A stretch of DNA of 64,000 nucleotides, taken from the NCBI RefSeq assembly GCF_964355755.1, contig NC_092678.1:19485365-19549364 (forward strand), in the 5' to 3' direction. The first letter of the stretch is position 1. The number at the start of each line of letters is the position of its first letter. This DNA is from Antedon mediterranea. Its lineage: Eukaryota; Animalia; Echinodermata. The notes below the pieces were generated by a model. That model was not told where the DNA came from and did not search any database. It saw nothing but the letters and a program-made list of their open reading frames with translations. Position numbers and translations under genes: made by a program. Shown here in pieces: positions 50,036 through 64,000 of the stretch.

Positions 50036-51368
50036 AGTCCTCAGTTGTACGCACGCGCAACATATATAACAAAATTAGAACCCATACCATCATGTGACCA
50101 TTTTCAAGATATTTAATTATAGTTTACTTATTAATTTTTTGATAGAATAGAAGTAGAATATTTCAATAATTCTATTTAACAATACCATACAATTTAACCA
50201 CAAACCTCTCTGATATGAACAATGTTCTTGTTGCAGATATATGACCAAATTGGTACCGTAACTAATGGTAATAAAATATGTATTAGAATAATATATACAC
50301 TTCACATTCTGCGCGGTGTGCTCAATCATTATCGTCTAAAACCCCCTTCTGCAAACACTTCCCGCCAAACGTACTGTGAAATATACATAAAACCAGACAT
50401 CTTGTCTGCTCTCCATAACCGAATATTCCACGCACCAATGACTTTGTAAAATATAGTTGAGAGGACCACCCTTCTGTGCTACTTATTTCGGTGTATCCAT
50501 TTGTAAAAATTGTCTATATTTTAGAAACAATTGCTACACTGGGTGTGATCCGTAATAATAACAGTTCATATTTTCTTTTCGCGGTGTCTAGCGCGCACCC
50601 GTGGCAAAATCGGTTGATACAAAGTACAGTTATAGGCCTATGTATATTTGTGATTACCCATTGCGGACCTGTGAAACCATGTGATCCAGGCAATATTTTT
50701 AAAAAATGCAGTAAAATATTTTCTAATCGGATTTGGACACAATTTTTTTATTTTATCTAAACATTGCGAAGAATTAATATAATACCTTTTTTTTTTAAAT
50801 GGAACACATTGGGGTTTTGTTCCTTTAAAAATCTCATATAAATAGATCATTCCATTAATAATGAGAGGGGAGTATGTTTATGTTCACGACAATACAAACA
50901 AAATGGATGTGAAATGTCTTAATCAAATTTGCGCAAACGTAGTGTGACGTTGGATTTGATCACACCTTCTTCAGTGGTTGAGTTAAAGATGTTTAAATTG
51001 TGTTGTGCGTGGTTTCTTTTATACAATGTTTCTGAGACGTGTACAGCATTACAACTTCTTTTGTACTTTCCCGAGCTGGCCTTTATAAATCCTGTTTCTG
51101 CTAAGCACTTTTGATAAATTTGACCCATGAACTTCAAGTTCAAACTCAAACTCAAAGACAATTAAATTGTAGATGTATTCAAGGTGTTTTATTGAGATCA
51201 TCTTCTTAGTTTTTGTAATCGTCGTCACCAATACGTTTTAGAGACAATAACAAAACACTTGTTGTTTTTCCATATGTTGACAAAACAAAATCCTTGGATC
51301 TATGTATAAAAGAGGCCTTCAACGTTTTACAAAGAAAAGTGAAAATACCACGCCGCAGACAACAATGA

Positions 51369-51880
51369 TAGAGAGGTTTCGCAATCTTACGAATACGATA
51401 ACGAAAACGGAAACGTCACGCACACGTATTCGTTTTCGTAAGCCATAAAAAAAATCTGTTTCGCATGGCAACGAAATATTGAGGGCGCATCCAAAATATG
51501 ACTGCGGTAAATTTGAGCGAAGCGCGGGTACGTGTTGCTTGGTGCTTGGCTGCCTAGGCCTAGCGTAACATCAAAGCGAGTGAGGACTTTAAAAACTGCT
51601 ATTTATCAAAATTGACCTGGCATTTTAGTAAATTACTTTAGTAAATTACTTTCAATAAATCTATAATTATATTATAATCATGAATCATTCCTGATTCAAA
51701 TGCAAAATGTGCAAAATAGATCAAAAACTATACTCATTTTGTAGTTACGAATATGACTGGTGATATTCGTCAACACGAATACGCTTTACGAATATGAAAT
51801 GGGGATCAGCTCAAAAGTTTCACAAATGTATGACGTATCCGTTTTCGTTATCGTATTCGTAAGGTTGCGAAACCTCCCTA
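51369..51880. mobile_element. ~510-bp non-autonomous DNA transposon (family D) with ~50-bp TIRs
   Basis: tagagaggtttcgcaatcttacgaatacgataacgaaaacggaaacgtca ... tgacgtatccgttttcgttatcgtattcgtaaggttgcgaaacctcccta. Confidence 0.85.
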
Positions 51881-52048
51881 ATAGTTCATTACATAGTATT
51901 TATATTGATATAATAATATTATTTGTAGACCGATTTTGATAATTATACGTAAACATACATAAATAATCATAGTACAAAACAAAAGAATGGAAAGAGGAAT
52001 CTCTGAAACGTAGGCCTATCTTATTATAAGTAGAAACCCCTGTTACCA

Positions 52049-52175
<127 letters not shown>

Positions 52176-54649
52176 AATATGAAAAAAGGCACAAGGGCAT
52201 AGGCAAAAAAATGTAACTTTTAAGAAAACGCAAACAATCTTTTTTTTTATTTTAACAAAAAAAAAAAGATAGTTTTCTCAGTTTGTTGATATTAGTGTAA
52301 TAGTTACGGTAGCCCTGTTTTAAACGTGTTGCATTGTTTTATATGATCTTTGTAGCCTTCTATTTTTCAGTAGGCCTTCCTAAATATGTATTATTAAGTA
52401 ATCATACAGACTATCCCCTCCGTCGGGACAACCATTATGGGAAAAACTCCTGTTACACGAACGAGGGACAGTAGGCCTATTTAACAATATTAAATGTAGG
52501 GATAGTCCTATTAGGAACGACTCCTCTGAAGAGGTTCTTTTGTATTTCATTATTACTGTGAGTGAGCCAAGAAGGTCACCTAAAGCCTATACTTAAAAAC
52601 CAAGACATTACTAGCATACAATGACACACGCATATCATGATTTGGTTGTTAATTAAAAACAAACAAAGGGCCTACGCCTAGTAAATGCATATTTGCTACC
52701 GAGTCAACCCAGTTGTTCATAGTTCAGACACATAAAGGTCAAAGGGTAATTCTCTGGGTCTGCAATACTTTAGTAAGTCTACGTGAAATGTATTTATAAT
52801 TTGCAGATCCATAAAGGTTAAAGGTTAGGTTATAACATAAAGCAATAATTATCGTACCTCCCGAGATTCTGTTTCACCAAAAAGGATGTATTGTATTGAC
52901 GCATCACGTGATTGTTACTCAATACTTTTTATGCGATCTCAGAAACCCATACTAATGATTTCGTACTTGCTATCGTTCATTTTAGAAACCATTGATGTTA
53001 GATCATTTACAGCATTATCGACTAAAATTACCTATCTTAAAGGAAACTAATATTCTTAATTACTTTACTAAACTTATCCTTGTCGTTTCGTAGTTCGCCA
53101 GCAGCTTATAGTAGACAATAATCTGAATCAGGTATTACTTTTACGTGGTGTGATTAACAATTATGAAAGACCAAGGAACATTTTCATTAAAATAATTTGA
53201 TTAGTCATATCATCTGATCAATCAGAATTTGTAGTAGGAAATTGTATTATTACGTTTTTCCTATAGTTTGGTATTTCGTTTAAGCAATAGTTTTGTATTG
53301 TGTTTTACATTGCGTTTGTATTGCGTTTATATTGCGTTTGTATTGCGTTTATCTATAGTTTTGTATTTTGTTTGATATGTTTGTACAGTATTGCGTTTTG
53401 CATTGCGTTTTGTATTGCGTTTGTGCTACCAATTTAATAATGCGTAAGGTGATTTTGTGTATCACATAGCTATACTACACTGACGAAAATGTTTCTTGGA
53501 GAAACATGCGTTTTTAGTGGACCGATTATGTCTGCTGATTCTGTTGCATTCAATAGATATTAAGTTATACAATCTTAATTTTGTTAATGCAAATATTTAT
53601 CACAGAGGCTCGTCACCTTCTTGCCACAAAAGAGACACAATTATAACTAAACGTATACTGTTTATTAAAATATTGATAATTTTTATATTTTTATTCAATG
53701 AGAACAAGACTTCGGTCCATTTACAAACAAATTCGGACAAGGCACAAATAGCTTTTCTTAATTGATTTAATTTGGACCTAATTTAGTACCGTAGACCTAA
53801 TACCTCTGAAGCCTAATACTAGTCCGTGTAAAGGGTCTTCTGGTCCTTGTAGAAAAATCCTTGTAAAGGGATTTGTAATCTTTGTAAATATCGCAAATGA
53901 TAAAATATGTTTAGTGACCTTATGTCCATATATCAGCACCTTTCACCGTACCTGCATGATAATCCAGAGAAGAGACTTTACTGAAGTGGTATATTTCCAA
54001 GGGTCCGATTCAATGCAACCTGGATGAAGTAGTTTTTCTTATTCAAGTAAAGTGCTTCTTGAATTTTTTTTGTTAAGAAACTGACAATAACTGCATTTGA
54101 TTTGGTGACACTAATTTGGATGTGCAAGACTGGGTTTCAATCCGAACACGGGAATCTAGATCGTCTGTGTAACAATAGAACAATGGCTATTCACCCGACG
54201 AGTTATGCTCTATTATCCACGAGTTAAAAATGTGTATTTTGATTTTAACAGCAGATAGGGAAGAATATATAGAAAAAAAAACAATTCATATTAGCGTGAG
54301 TCTGTATTTGAACAAACGGATTCATAGTACTAAAATCATAAAGCCAGCTAAAAGGAATTGCGTTCGATAACCGAGGTTGTGGATTCTACGTTTGTTATTT
54401 TTACCGTTAGTGAATAAATTGAGGTGATTTTACGAAGGCGTTTATGTGGATTTTTGTGGCACTTAACGGACCTGAATGCTAGCAATGATTTCGTCAAACA
54501 AGTTTACGTTCTGCTAATAATCATATGAAGACGGTGTTAGCTCAAAATTGTGGGAATCGAACAATTTTGTGAATTGCTTTGATTGGGAAGTATCGTACTG
54601 TTGAAGAAAACACCTCTCGCTTGTTGAGTAGGCTTATCAGAAGTGAAAT

Positions 54650-55112
54650 ATGGAAAGTGAAAATATAGAAGAGCGCCGAAAATCGTTCCCAGCAATCCTC
54701 TTCAAGAAAGCAAAGGCGGCGAATCGTGACAACAGGCGATCGTCTGCACCTTCGCCAAAGCAGCGCAGACGATCACTTGGAAGAAGGAAATACTCCACCG
54801 CGATTGCGTATCTGAAAGCGCAGACGACAACCAAGAGCAAAGAAGAGGTAAATCATTCAAGTTTGTCATCGTTGGAAGGAATTAATAAAGACGTTGACGC
54901 CACAAATGAAATATTGCCTGAGCATTATTATGCATCTACTATGATGGCAAAATTAAGCGTTTCCACGAAGGCAGACAAGCCTAAGAGGAAACTGTCGTTA
55001 TTTTTAAAACGACCGGAGATATTTGATAGAAAAACTGTTGCGGATGAAAATAGCAGTGAAAATAACCAAACTTCATTAACACATGACGTGGAATTAGATG
55101 ATAATTCTGAAG
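54650..55112 (+). CDS. Probable first coding exon of a gene continuing beyond the window; basic/Ser-rich disordered N-terminus, product unknown
   Basis: 154-codon open frame from ATG with coding-like composition, ending at a strong donor GAAG|GTAAGA (phase 1). Many basophilic kinase motifs (RRKS, RRSS, RRRS, RRKYS, RKLS). No downstream exon confidently found in the window. Confidence 0.6.
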
Positions 55113-57269
55113 GTAAGATGCTGTGAATGTTACGCAATACTAATACGAAATTACTAAACTAAGAAAATAATTGCATATGCGGTAGATCCCCTCCTTAGGA
55201 CCATATATTAAGGGGACATTTCTATTAGGGGACACTTTTCTGTGAAATGAACGAAGGTAAATGTAGTTTTTCTTAACGCTACAATCATTATTCAGGGGAC
55301 TTTTCTCTTAAGGAGATATTTATTCCCCAAATGTATACTTGGTGTCCCCCGGGGTCCAATTAATATGAGTTCAATGTATGTAAGTATACAGTACTGTTGA
55401 AAATATGGTTTAGTTACGTAAGGCTATGCATTTGAATAATATTCAGGCGAGCCATAGTGATTTAAACGATAAGGTATATTATTATTAGTATACCGTTTAT
55501 ATATCTGCTTTATGATATTATTGGCAAACGGATCCGTCCCCGCTTGGTTGACAATACGTCACGGGTGACGAGTTATTACCTGGCTCAAAAAGATTAAAGA
55601 GAGCAAGTAAGCAATTAAAGAGAAATAAATAGTAAACAGAATTTACTGTCACGCAACCAGCATTCATTGGTATTCGAGGTTTCTTTTTAACGTCGGATTA
55701 GTATGCATTTCAGCGATTAAATGCTTCGCTTACCCCACCATTATGCACGTAAAATATACTTAATAATTATGTCTATACTTAACATTGTGTAATTATTTGC
55801 CTTTATAATTCATGTGTCGTCTACCTATAATAGCCGATGCTTGGTATTGTATCAAGGCCTATTCTATTATCTCCGTATGGGAAATAATGTATTATGTCTA
55901 ACCTACCTCTAACACAGGCGCCACATGTGATATATATATATATATATGTGACACACAGAAACGTACTTTTAAGAAGTTTTGTCGAATAAATATTATTATT
56001 ATAAAGGCTACTAGACTGAGTACCAGAAGAAAACATATCCATAACTTTTCAATGAAATCAAAAAGGTCTTCAATTAGAGGAGAAATGTATTACAACAATT
56101 ACGGTATAGGCCTATGCGAACAAACAAACAAAAACATAAAGGACTTTTTTATAAGTAAATTTTAACCTGCTGAAGGCAGGACGAACTAGACGAACAACCG
56201 AACTCATGCATAAGGAAATAGTATTATTACTATTTTCAAGAGATGCCCAGAAGGCCTACAAACGTTTAAAATTTCCCCACCCCCATGGTCACACACTTAA
56301 CTGTGCATTAGTAACCCGGTCATGATTTCAAATGAATGTATCTCCTCTGGGCCTAGTTATGTTTTCATACTAGTTACAAAATATCACCAACATGTGAGGC
56401 ACTACTCAACATTTGATATTTTATTTGTTTGTTACCTTTCTTGGCCTGTGGTTTACGGTCTATACCAACCAACCGAAGCTGGGGTGAGCTAAGTTTAGGC
56501 AAACGACCGAATTAAATCAATACCGTTTGGGAAATATACCTAGGCCTACCTTTTACTATTTTGGTTTAGTGAGTGAGTTACGAACAACGTCAACATAAAA
56601 TGCATTCAAAAGAAAATGTTGAATATGTGCATTTTACTTTAGGATCTGGATTTACGTCCTTTTCACGACTTAAAATGTATTATACTTGTTACAATTTCCA
56701 TTTATGGTTCGATCAGTTCTGTCATTTGTATAAGTGGTTGTCATTTCGTTAGAATCACTATTTAGCTATAGTGAATAATTTGTAACGCGATGTACCAACT
56801 CACCTATAACATGATTAGATTTGTTCTTTACTTGTGACGTGTAACGGTATTATATATCTGTTCAATATTATCATAATGATTATTGTAATATAATATACAC
56901 GCTCGATTTAACTGAGTTTTGGTAGGCCCCTCGAACAACTCTGATTTTTAATACCGAAAAAAAGCCATTGTATATATAGGTACGTATTATACCTTTTTGG
57001 AACACCGCTATTTAGAGCTCACTCTCATTGAGGAGAAACGTTCCAGGATTTGAATCAGAGATGGTATATGTATATGTTTTAATACTACGACCAAGATCTC
57101 AGTTTAGAGAAATTCCATATGAAGTATTGAAGATGAACCAATGGTTTCGAATGTTGTGTGTATGTGTATGTGTGCTTTTGTTGTTGTGAATTTGTAATAC
57201 CAAAGTGTAACTTTCTATGATATCACGTTTAACTGTGCTTAGTCAATCTTTCAATTCAATTATATCTCA

Positions 57270-57402
57270 AGCTCTGTGTACACTATCAAACTAGTTTTAC
57301 AAAAGAGTGTGATGTGCCCAAATATGGTAGTGATATAACAGCATCATGTCCATATATGGGCACATCACATTTGTTGTCACATAAAATTTGATAGTATAGA
57401 CA
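57270..57402. mobile_element. MITE family A copy (right TIR truncated)
   Basis: AGCTCTGTGTACACTATCAAACTAGTTT...TTTGATAGTATAGACA. Confidence 0.7.
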
Positions 57403-57956
57403 ATTTAGGCCTATTCAACGTATTCAACGTTCATTAACTTACAATGTTGATTTCTGTTAAATAATTAGACTTAACTATTATATATTCAGCAGTATTATCT
57501 CTAGGGCCGTACGCAATCGCTAAGAGCTATTTTCCCGTGCTTTGCTCATATAATTGCTAACTTCTCTTCGATCGTTTCGAATGATTCTCGGTTGCTATTT
57601 GAAAAAAAAAAGAAGAAAATATGATCGTTTCGTATCACGTGGTGTGCTGTTATAATCATACGATCTCATAAAAAAATTCAGTTCTAAATTTCTAGAGTGC
57701 TTTTTTGATAGACTAATTATAATAATAGTATATTATTTTACTTCATAAATGATTGTGTGCGGTGTGTTTATATATAGATGTAGTAAATATTTTACTTATA
57801 AATGTAATTTAATACAAATAACACTTTGGAATTTAAGATGTAATATTACCATTGACATATATAATGTTAAAAAAAAAAAGATTGGACGCAGAAAATAAAG
57901 TGGAAACACACTCACATTTAAGGTAACCTCTAGTAATGTACCGGTATATATATATA

Positions 57957-58197
57957 AACACATTAGGCAAAGAACATTAATTCTAAACCGCCCGGTGATA
58001 TACTGAAATTCAATTAATTAATTTGAAAGGATAGAGATGAGGAAATCTGTTAGAGTGAGACCAAGACTCGAACTCCGACCGTCTGCTTGATATGCAGTTG
58101 CCCTAACCATTACCCACTGGGGCTTTCATGGTTTTGTTCAAACTAGATTGGATAGCGACTCTTTAACATTCTCGGCGTGGTACGGCGGAACAGCACT
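57957..58197 (-). mobile_element. tRNA-containing (TA)n-associated repeat, copy 2 (tRNA part decayed)
   Basis: Matches 49781-50035. The 3' side of the acceptor stem and the T-run are deleted, while the ATATCAA loop is retained. Confidence 0.75.
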
Positions 58198-61100
58198 TAT
58201 ATATCGTGATTACGTCGCGATAACTTCTTTCACCTATGTTACCAGATTTTCTAGTCTTAGGCCTATGTAACTTTATTATTAATAATTCGTTAAAAAAAAA
58301 TATTTATTTTTTTGCATAATGAACAGTTAACTAATAACATTTCTCCCGATTTTGGTTACATAATGGCGCGTGCGGTTACAAAATGGTGCGTAGGGTTACA
58401 TAATGGCGCGTGCGGTTACATAATGGCGAGTGCAAAACTAGGTTATCTGAACTATATTTCACCTGTGGCGTAGAGCGCCCCTTATAGTCTCAACTCACTT
58501 GTACTTTACGGTTATCGGCATTTAACAATCGGCGTATTAATACAGGCAATGTTATTGGCCTCATTGCCAATCGTTTTCATTTCGCAACACAATCGTCATT
58601 TCATTTGTTAACGTTTAATCTAGGGAATTTTCTATGTATTCACAATTCCAATTATCGGATGGTCTATTAACCGAGCGTACACGTCTTTATATCCAAGCTA
58701 AACCAACTTGATTTGATCGCTTCGAATCAAGAAGATTGAAAAAATAGATTATATCTATCAATGTTTATTGAATATTTGAATAATTGCTGATATTTAGACT
58801 CGTAATGACAATCTTCAACAAGAAACAAAAACAAACTTGTACATTACGACCTTTCGAGATAAAAGCATTTATTTAATTGGATCACGTGACGTACGTGTCT
58901 ACCGTTTTCAAGGCAATGCATCTTTTCTATGCAATGTGTTATGTAAACGCTTAGAAAAAAAGTGAGAAAATGGTAGTGTCCAGAACCGGTTGTCAGTTTT
59001 ATAATTGCACCTTTGATTTTTTTAATTATCATATATCTCCCATATAAATATACCGAAAGTGTAGTCACATACGACTAAAATAAATTAACTAATAAAAAGG
59101 ATGTACATTTGTTAGCACAAAAAACACACAATTCAGACAGTGTTATGATTCAGATATGATCTGTTCATCAAAATATCAACATATTATATTGTATGTATTT
59201 TGTGGGAAAATTTCATTTTCCCCAAAGATAGAAATATCAAACAGATATTATGGCATTACATAATACATCTTCAAGGGAGTCATTTAACAAAATAGCTTAT
59301 ACTATCTATGATAATAACTCCACTTCAGTGCCTATCCATTTCTCAAGTGTAATAAACCATATGTAACAACTTACGAAAACTACTGTATAACATAAATATT
59401 GTAGTTGTTAAGCCCATCCAGATAAAGACCATTTTGAAACTTTATTTTAATACTATTTATGCCTCTCGTTATATTTCTCTATTCAAGTTTTTTTGGTGAA
59501 AATATAAATTGCTTATTATGCATACTATACATTGAAAAGTGCAAGTGAGTGTTGCGAGCAGATCTATAGCCTGTGTCAGGCATAACGTAGTTTTGATGAC
59601 GCACAGGGCCTCCTAAAGACACCAGCCGAATGTCTATATTAGAACACATCTCCTTGGATAATAACAAAATGCCTCCCATATACCAGGGAGATAACAACTC
59701 CCTCCACATACTACAGTCGTCGCCTGCAATAATTGATTTCACCCGCAGAGAATGAAAGCCGTACACTAGGCCTACGTCGTCTTAGGCCAATGATTTGTAG
59801 ACAAACTATGAACTTTTGGATCTGACAAGCAATGAAGCGTGACGGGAGGTCAACATTCTGTCAAGAATATACGCAACAACAAAATACAGCATAAATGTGA
59901 TAGTTATTATTGTTACTGTGATATATAGTTGTGCTCTTTAATATTAGCAGTTAAACTTGTTATATATGTAGGCCACATTTAAAAAATTCTAAAATAGCAA
60001 GCCAGTTAATGTAATAGATAATACGGCAAATAATGTGAAATTCGGCAACAGTAGTGAACATATGTATATTTTGCATTATTTGAATACATCTAGCTTTACT
60101 TTTCATTTTGTCACGTAACTTGTACTCGAGGTAAGAATTTGATTTTATGATTTTATGTCGAATAAATTATCACACTCTGAAATTGAGTGTCATTGAACGA
60201 CACGGAAGACTAGAAAATGTGCATTTATTTACATAATTATTGACACAGTAGTTTGATGGTTAAAATAATCACAAATTCATTCAAATTTTACTTTGGTTTA
60301 ATTACGTTGCTGCTTTTCTCTCAACACTGAGCAAATCTTAAACTTAAAAAACAAAACTAGAAAACCTTATGAATAATATACTAGACGATTTTAAATGCTG
60401 TTTATCCACCACATGTGACAATAATTGGCCAGTGTCAAAGGCGAATTCCGTAATACTGCATCTCATGTGTCCAGTCCTAGTGGTGACTGTAGCATGAAAG
60501 GTTAGGCTAGGTTTAAGTTGAGTACTATATATGTTACACGTGTTGCATGTGAAACACATGTTATCCTGTATCACGCAATCTTCCTAGATGCAGTTCCGGT
60601 CTTGTCATCTCTTTTTGTAGATTCATGTTTAGAGTTATTGTACTGTTTGTTTGTTGTTTTTTGTTGAAATAGCTATATACCAACAAACCATACCTATTGA
60701 TTTTCAATAAAAACGATATTATTGTTAAAAACAATAAACCGTATCAAAATCTCGAGTTTCTGTATCTTTATCATGTGCCTGAATATTAAATAGTGCGCCC
60801 TCTGTCATTGTTTATTAGGAAATAACAATACCATTTTGTCTAAGCAACATAATCTGTAATTTACTTTTTTTTTCACACTCTACCACAATGTAAATGGCAC
60901 TAATATAAACTTCATCAACAAATCTTTCTACTCTGTTTGATCTGTGGTCACAATAGCTACTGTCTTCTATTGTTTTACATCAGACAAATAAAATCAATAG
61001 ATTAACAACAGTTAACTTGTCGGCCATTATCCTTGATACAATGCTAAAAGACGGTCTTGTTTGTTGTCGTAGGCCTAGGCAAACAATACAGTTTTATTGT

Positions 61101-63010
61101 TATCAAGTAAATTGTAACATCACCGATTAAAGTTGTTTTCGCTGTGGTAATCTTATTCTAGTTCGTAGTCTACAACTTAGGCCTAGGCTGTGGTAGGCCT
61201 ACAAGTGCTCATCAGTCACAATACCTGATCTAAATAAGGTAAACAGTTAATTTATAATAACTCATAGATATACAAAGCATGTATTAGGCGTATTTGATGG
61301 GTCTGTTTTGAGGATTTTAGGCTTACATAATTAACACATTGTTCGCTTTTTAAAAATCTGACGACTTCGTAAACCTCTTGGTTCTCCATGTCTCTATTAA
61401 TGTTGCTCTTTTGGCGTTCCATAGAAACAAATATTAAACATAGAGTATGCGAAATTCGCATGAGAAAAACGTCTCAAAAAAAGAATTTATTGTTATTTTA
61501 TTGATTCTTCTTCATTTAATTCTAAGGTGCGGTATTCAGGATAAAGTTGGGTAACACATTTAGAGTTAAAGTACAAGGCAGGTGCGAAAGAGAACTATTT
61601 GTAATCTTAGGTTTCGTGATTTTAGGTTTCGTGACACCCTTTGCAGAATATTGTATTGTACAATATTCTTCCATCGTTTTACTATAATATTGTGGCTTGC
61701 GTCTGTGCAACCCTAGGGACCCTGGGATTCAGTCCTGAATACAACTGTTATTACATTTTTTGACAGTGCAATTACCTTTATAAAAATGATCAATTTTGCA
61801 TAGTTCGTTCGATTCGCTTCTCGTATTGTATTGTCCATTTGTTTAGTTTACGCGTGATGACACGTTTAGTTTGACCATAATATTAAATCAATAAATTAGA
61901 TTGGTCATTCAGTCAACCTTAAGTTGATTTGTAGTCTCAATTGAGTTTAGACAAATTCACAAGTTATAGCTAGGAATAGACGTTCCAGAAAGGGCGTAGA
62001 CTGCGCCTTATCTAATCTATAGTGTGGTCAGGTTGACAGTCCTAGACTACTTACATTAGGCTAAAGGTTGGTTTTCTACTTCATTTTGTAGGCTTACTAC
62101 TCTTATTAAACAGAACAGACAGTAATTAGTTTATTTGAGTACGTTTCCTTTAATTAATCTCTTCTTTCTGCTGCTGTGTCGAATATTAGCAGAAGTACTG
62201 TAATACCATTACCACCATGAGGTTCTAGTCTTCTCCCTGTCGAATTCCTGATGTAAGGGTACCCTACTATAATTAGTAAATTTACACTCACGAATTGTAT
62301 TGCAGTCTACGCGATGTATTTAAGTAGTATAATATCTAACCTGTTAGTTGTGAGGGTTTTGGCCTAGGCCTATCATGCATAATGAACTTGAGCTTATTGG
62401 CATCTCTAGAATCATATCCAACACAAAATATAATTAATTCTATAGATCTCTATTGCACATGCGCAAACCCTAAACATTATTGACGTTGCATTCGAGGATG
62501 CCAACAATTCTTATCCTATCGGATGTATATCATAAGTCACAATGGTTCAATGGTAAGGCAAATACATCCCTTGTTCGGGTCTCATAATTGGTTGTTAACT
62601 AGCAAATACCTCTCTGGTTCTAGGTACCATTTAGTAGGCCTACCTCCATGCTTCGGACAGGTGTTGGCATTGTTGGTAGGAAGCATGTCTTTATCTTTAG
62701 ATTTGGCGTTAATAAATATGACACACATACACTTCTCATGGAATATGTTTTTACATTATGTGTGCAGTATGTTGCTTGTTAAACCGATCAGTATAAAAAC
62801 AATGAATATTCCAATTAAGCGGATCCAAACAGCCATGTGTTCACGTGACGGTGTCGTTGACCGACCGGTCATTCTTGATGAGACTGTCTACTTTGATATT
62901 TGAATAGTATGAATTAGGCATACTAGTATTATATACAGCTACAGGCCTATCATGGACATTTATGATTTATCAACTTACTGATACTTAGTTACTGGTTTTT
63001 GTTTCTAAAT

Positions 63011-63296
63011 CTCTGTCTACTCTATCAACTGTATGAGACAAATGTGATGTGCCCATATATGGACATGATTATGTCATACTGGAGGTCCAAACTTAAAAAG
63101 CCTTGGCTTAATGCGTCCTCCTCACACAATTATATTTATTAATTTATATTCTTTATTGTATTGTATATTGTAGGCCTACTGTGTGAAACAATAAACTTGA
63201 AACGTGATACCACTACCATATTTAGGCATATCATTACCATATTTTTGCATATCACACTTTTTTTTGTCAAACTAGTTTGGTAGTGTAGACAGAGCT
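63011..63296. mobile_element. MITE family A copy interrupted by a ~130-bp insertion (probable LINE 3' tail, ~63079-63207)
   Basis: Both TIRs are present. The internal family-A sequence breaks after tgtcata and resumes at cactaccatattt. The insert ends aataaacttgaaac. Confidence 0.65.
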
Positions 63297-63570
63297 GAAG
63301 AACGTAACATCAGTTCGCCTACTTAGTTAGATACAGTATGAAAAATTGAATGTTTTGAAATTTAAAGTTCATAAATTTACGTATTATCAATAAAATTAAA
63401 GATCTCGTATAACGATGCAATTGTTGTTATTGAATACATATCTCTTTATTGTCAAAATTAAAATGAAAACAAAAATATATTACTAAACTTATTTGACAAA
63501 AAGACCAAATAAATCGATTTGATTGGTTGTAATTTCTATTAAATGTTACCAATTCACGTTAATGTACGCT

Positions 63571-63832
63571 TCCATACATTGCACATTACTGTTTATGTTT
63601 ACGGGTATGTCAACGACCTGAGGAGGTCATAATTAATATGACGTATGTCGTATGAATAATAAGTCGGAGAACTACGAACAACCACGTGATATTGTAAACC
63701 ATCCATACATTGCACATTAATGTTTATGTTTACGGGTATGTCAACGACCTGGTGAGGTCATAATTAATATGACGTATGTCGTATGAATAATAAGTCGGAG
63801 AACTACGAACAACCACGTGATATTGTAAACCA
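63571..63832. repeat. 2 x 131-bp near-perfect tandem duplication
   Basis: Units start at 63571 and 63702 and differ at only a few positions. Confidence 0.95.
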
Positions 63833-64000
63833 TAGTTAAGACTGTGATCAATGTAGTTCACAATAAAGAATGAAGAATATAGTTATTATATATTTGAAGC
63901 CAATCTTTTTGTCGGGTTTGAAACATACAGTAAAATGATCACCTTTAATTCGTCAAAGTGACGAAAATTCTATTATTACTATTATTTAGTCGAGGTGTGT

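Noticed and set aside
50919-51231. Cluster of short overlapping ORFs
   Set aside because: No motifs, no convincing splice sites and no consistent frame.
59479-59766. 95-aa minus-strand ORF in a slightly GC-richer patch
   Set aside because: No recognisable domain, and not linkable by phase to the 54650 exon.
62523-62903. 126-aa plus-strand ORF
   Set aside because: No recognisable family and no in-phase acceptor linking it to 55112; possibly decayed element sequence.

Overview
AT-rich, intron-containing eukaryotic genomic DNA. The gene and repeat content suggest a marine invertebrate, plausibly an echinoderm-like deuterostome (inference). I reconstructed four complete spliced genes by hand from GT-AG boundaries and reading-frame phase. 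(1) A double-MYND-finger + DUF4470-like gene (-, 531-2960). (2) Head-to-head with it, a RIB43A/RIBC ciliary gene (+, 4518-7118). (3) HDAC11 (-, 11549-22626), with an in-phase alternative terminal exon (10449-10969) that encodes a long tail with three 18-aa repeats. (4) An 11-exon, ~810-aa secreted mosaic protein (-, 32741-40732): signal peptide, two unnamed beta-rich repeats, PAN/apple, EGF-like, FA58C/discoidin and an unnamed C-terminal domain; it is bracketed by two near-identical inverted MITE copies. A fifth gene is represented only by a probable first coding exon (+, 54650-55112). The rest is MITEs, Helentron-type elements, LINE 3' remnants, tRNA-derived repeats and minisatellites. Comparing paralogous repeat copies shows TA sites converted to TAGGCCTA or TACAGTA/TACTGTA, which look like transposon excision footprints. 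No prokaryotic systems (CRISPR, operons) are present. No database searches were run, so all family assignments are from motif recognition.
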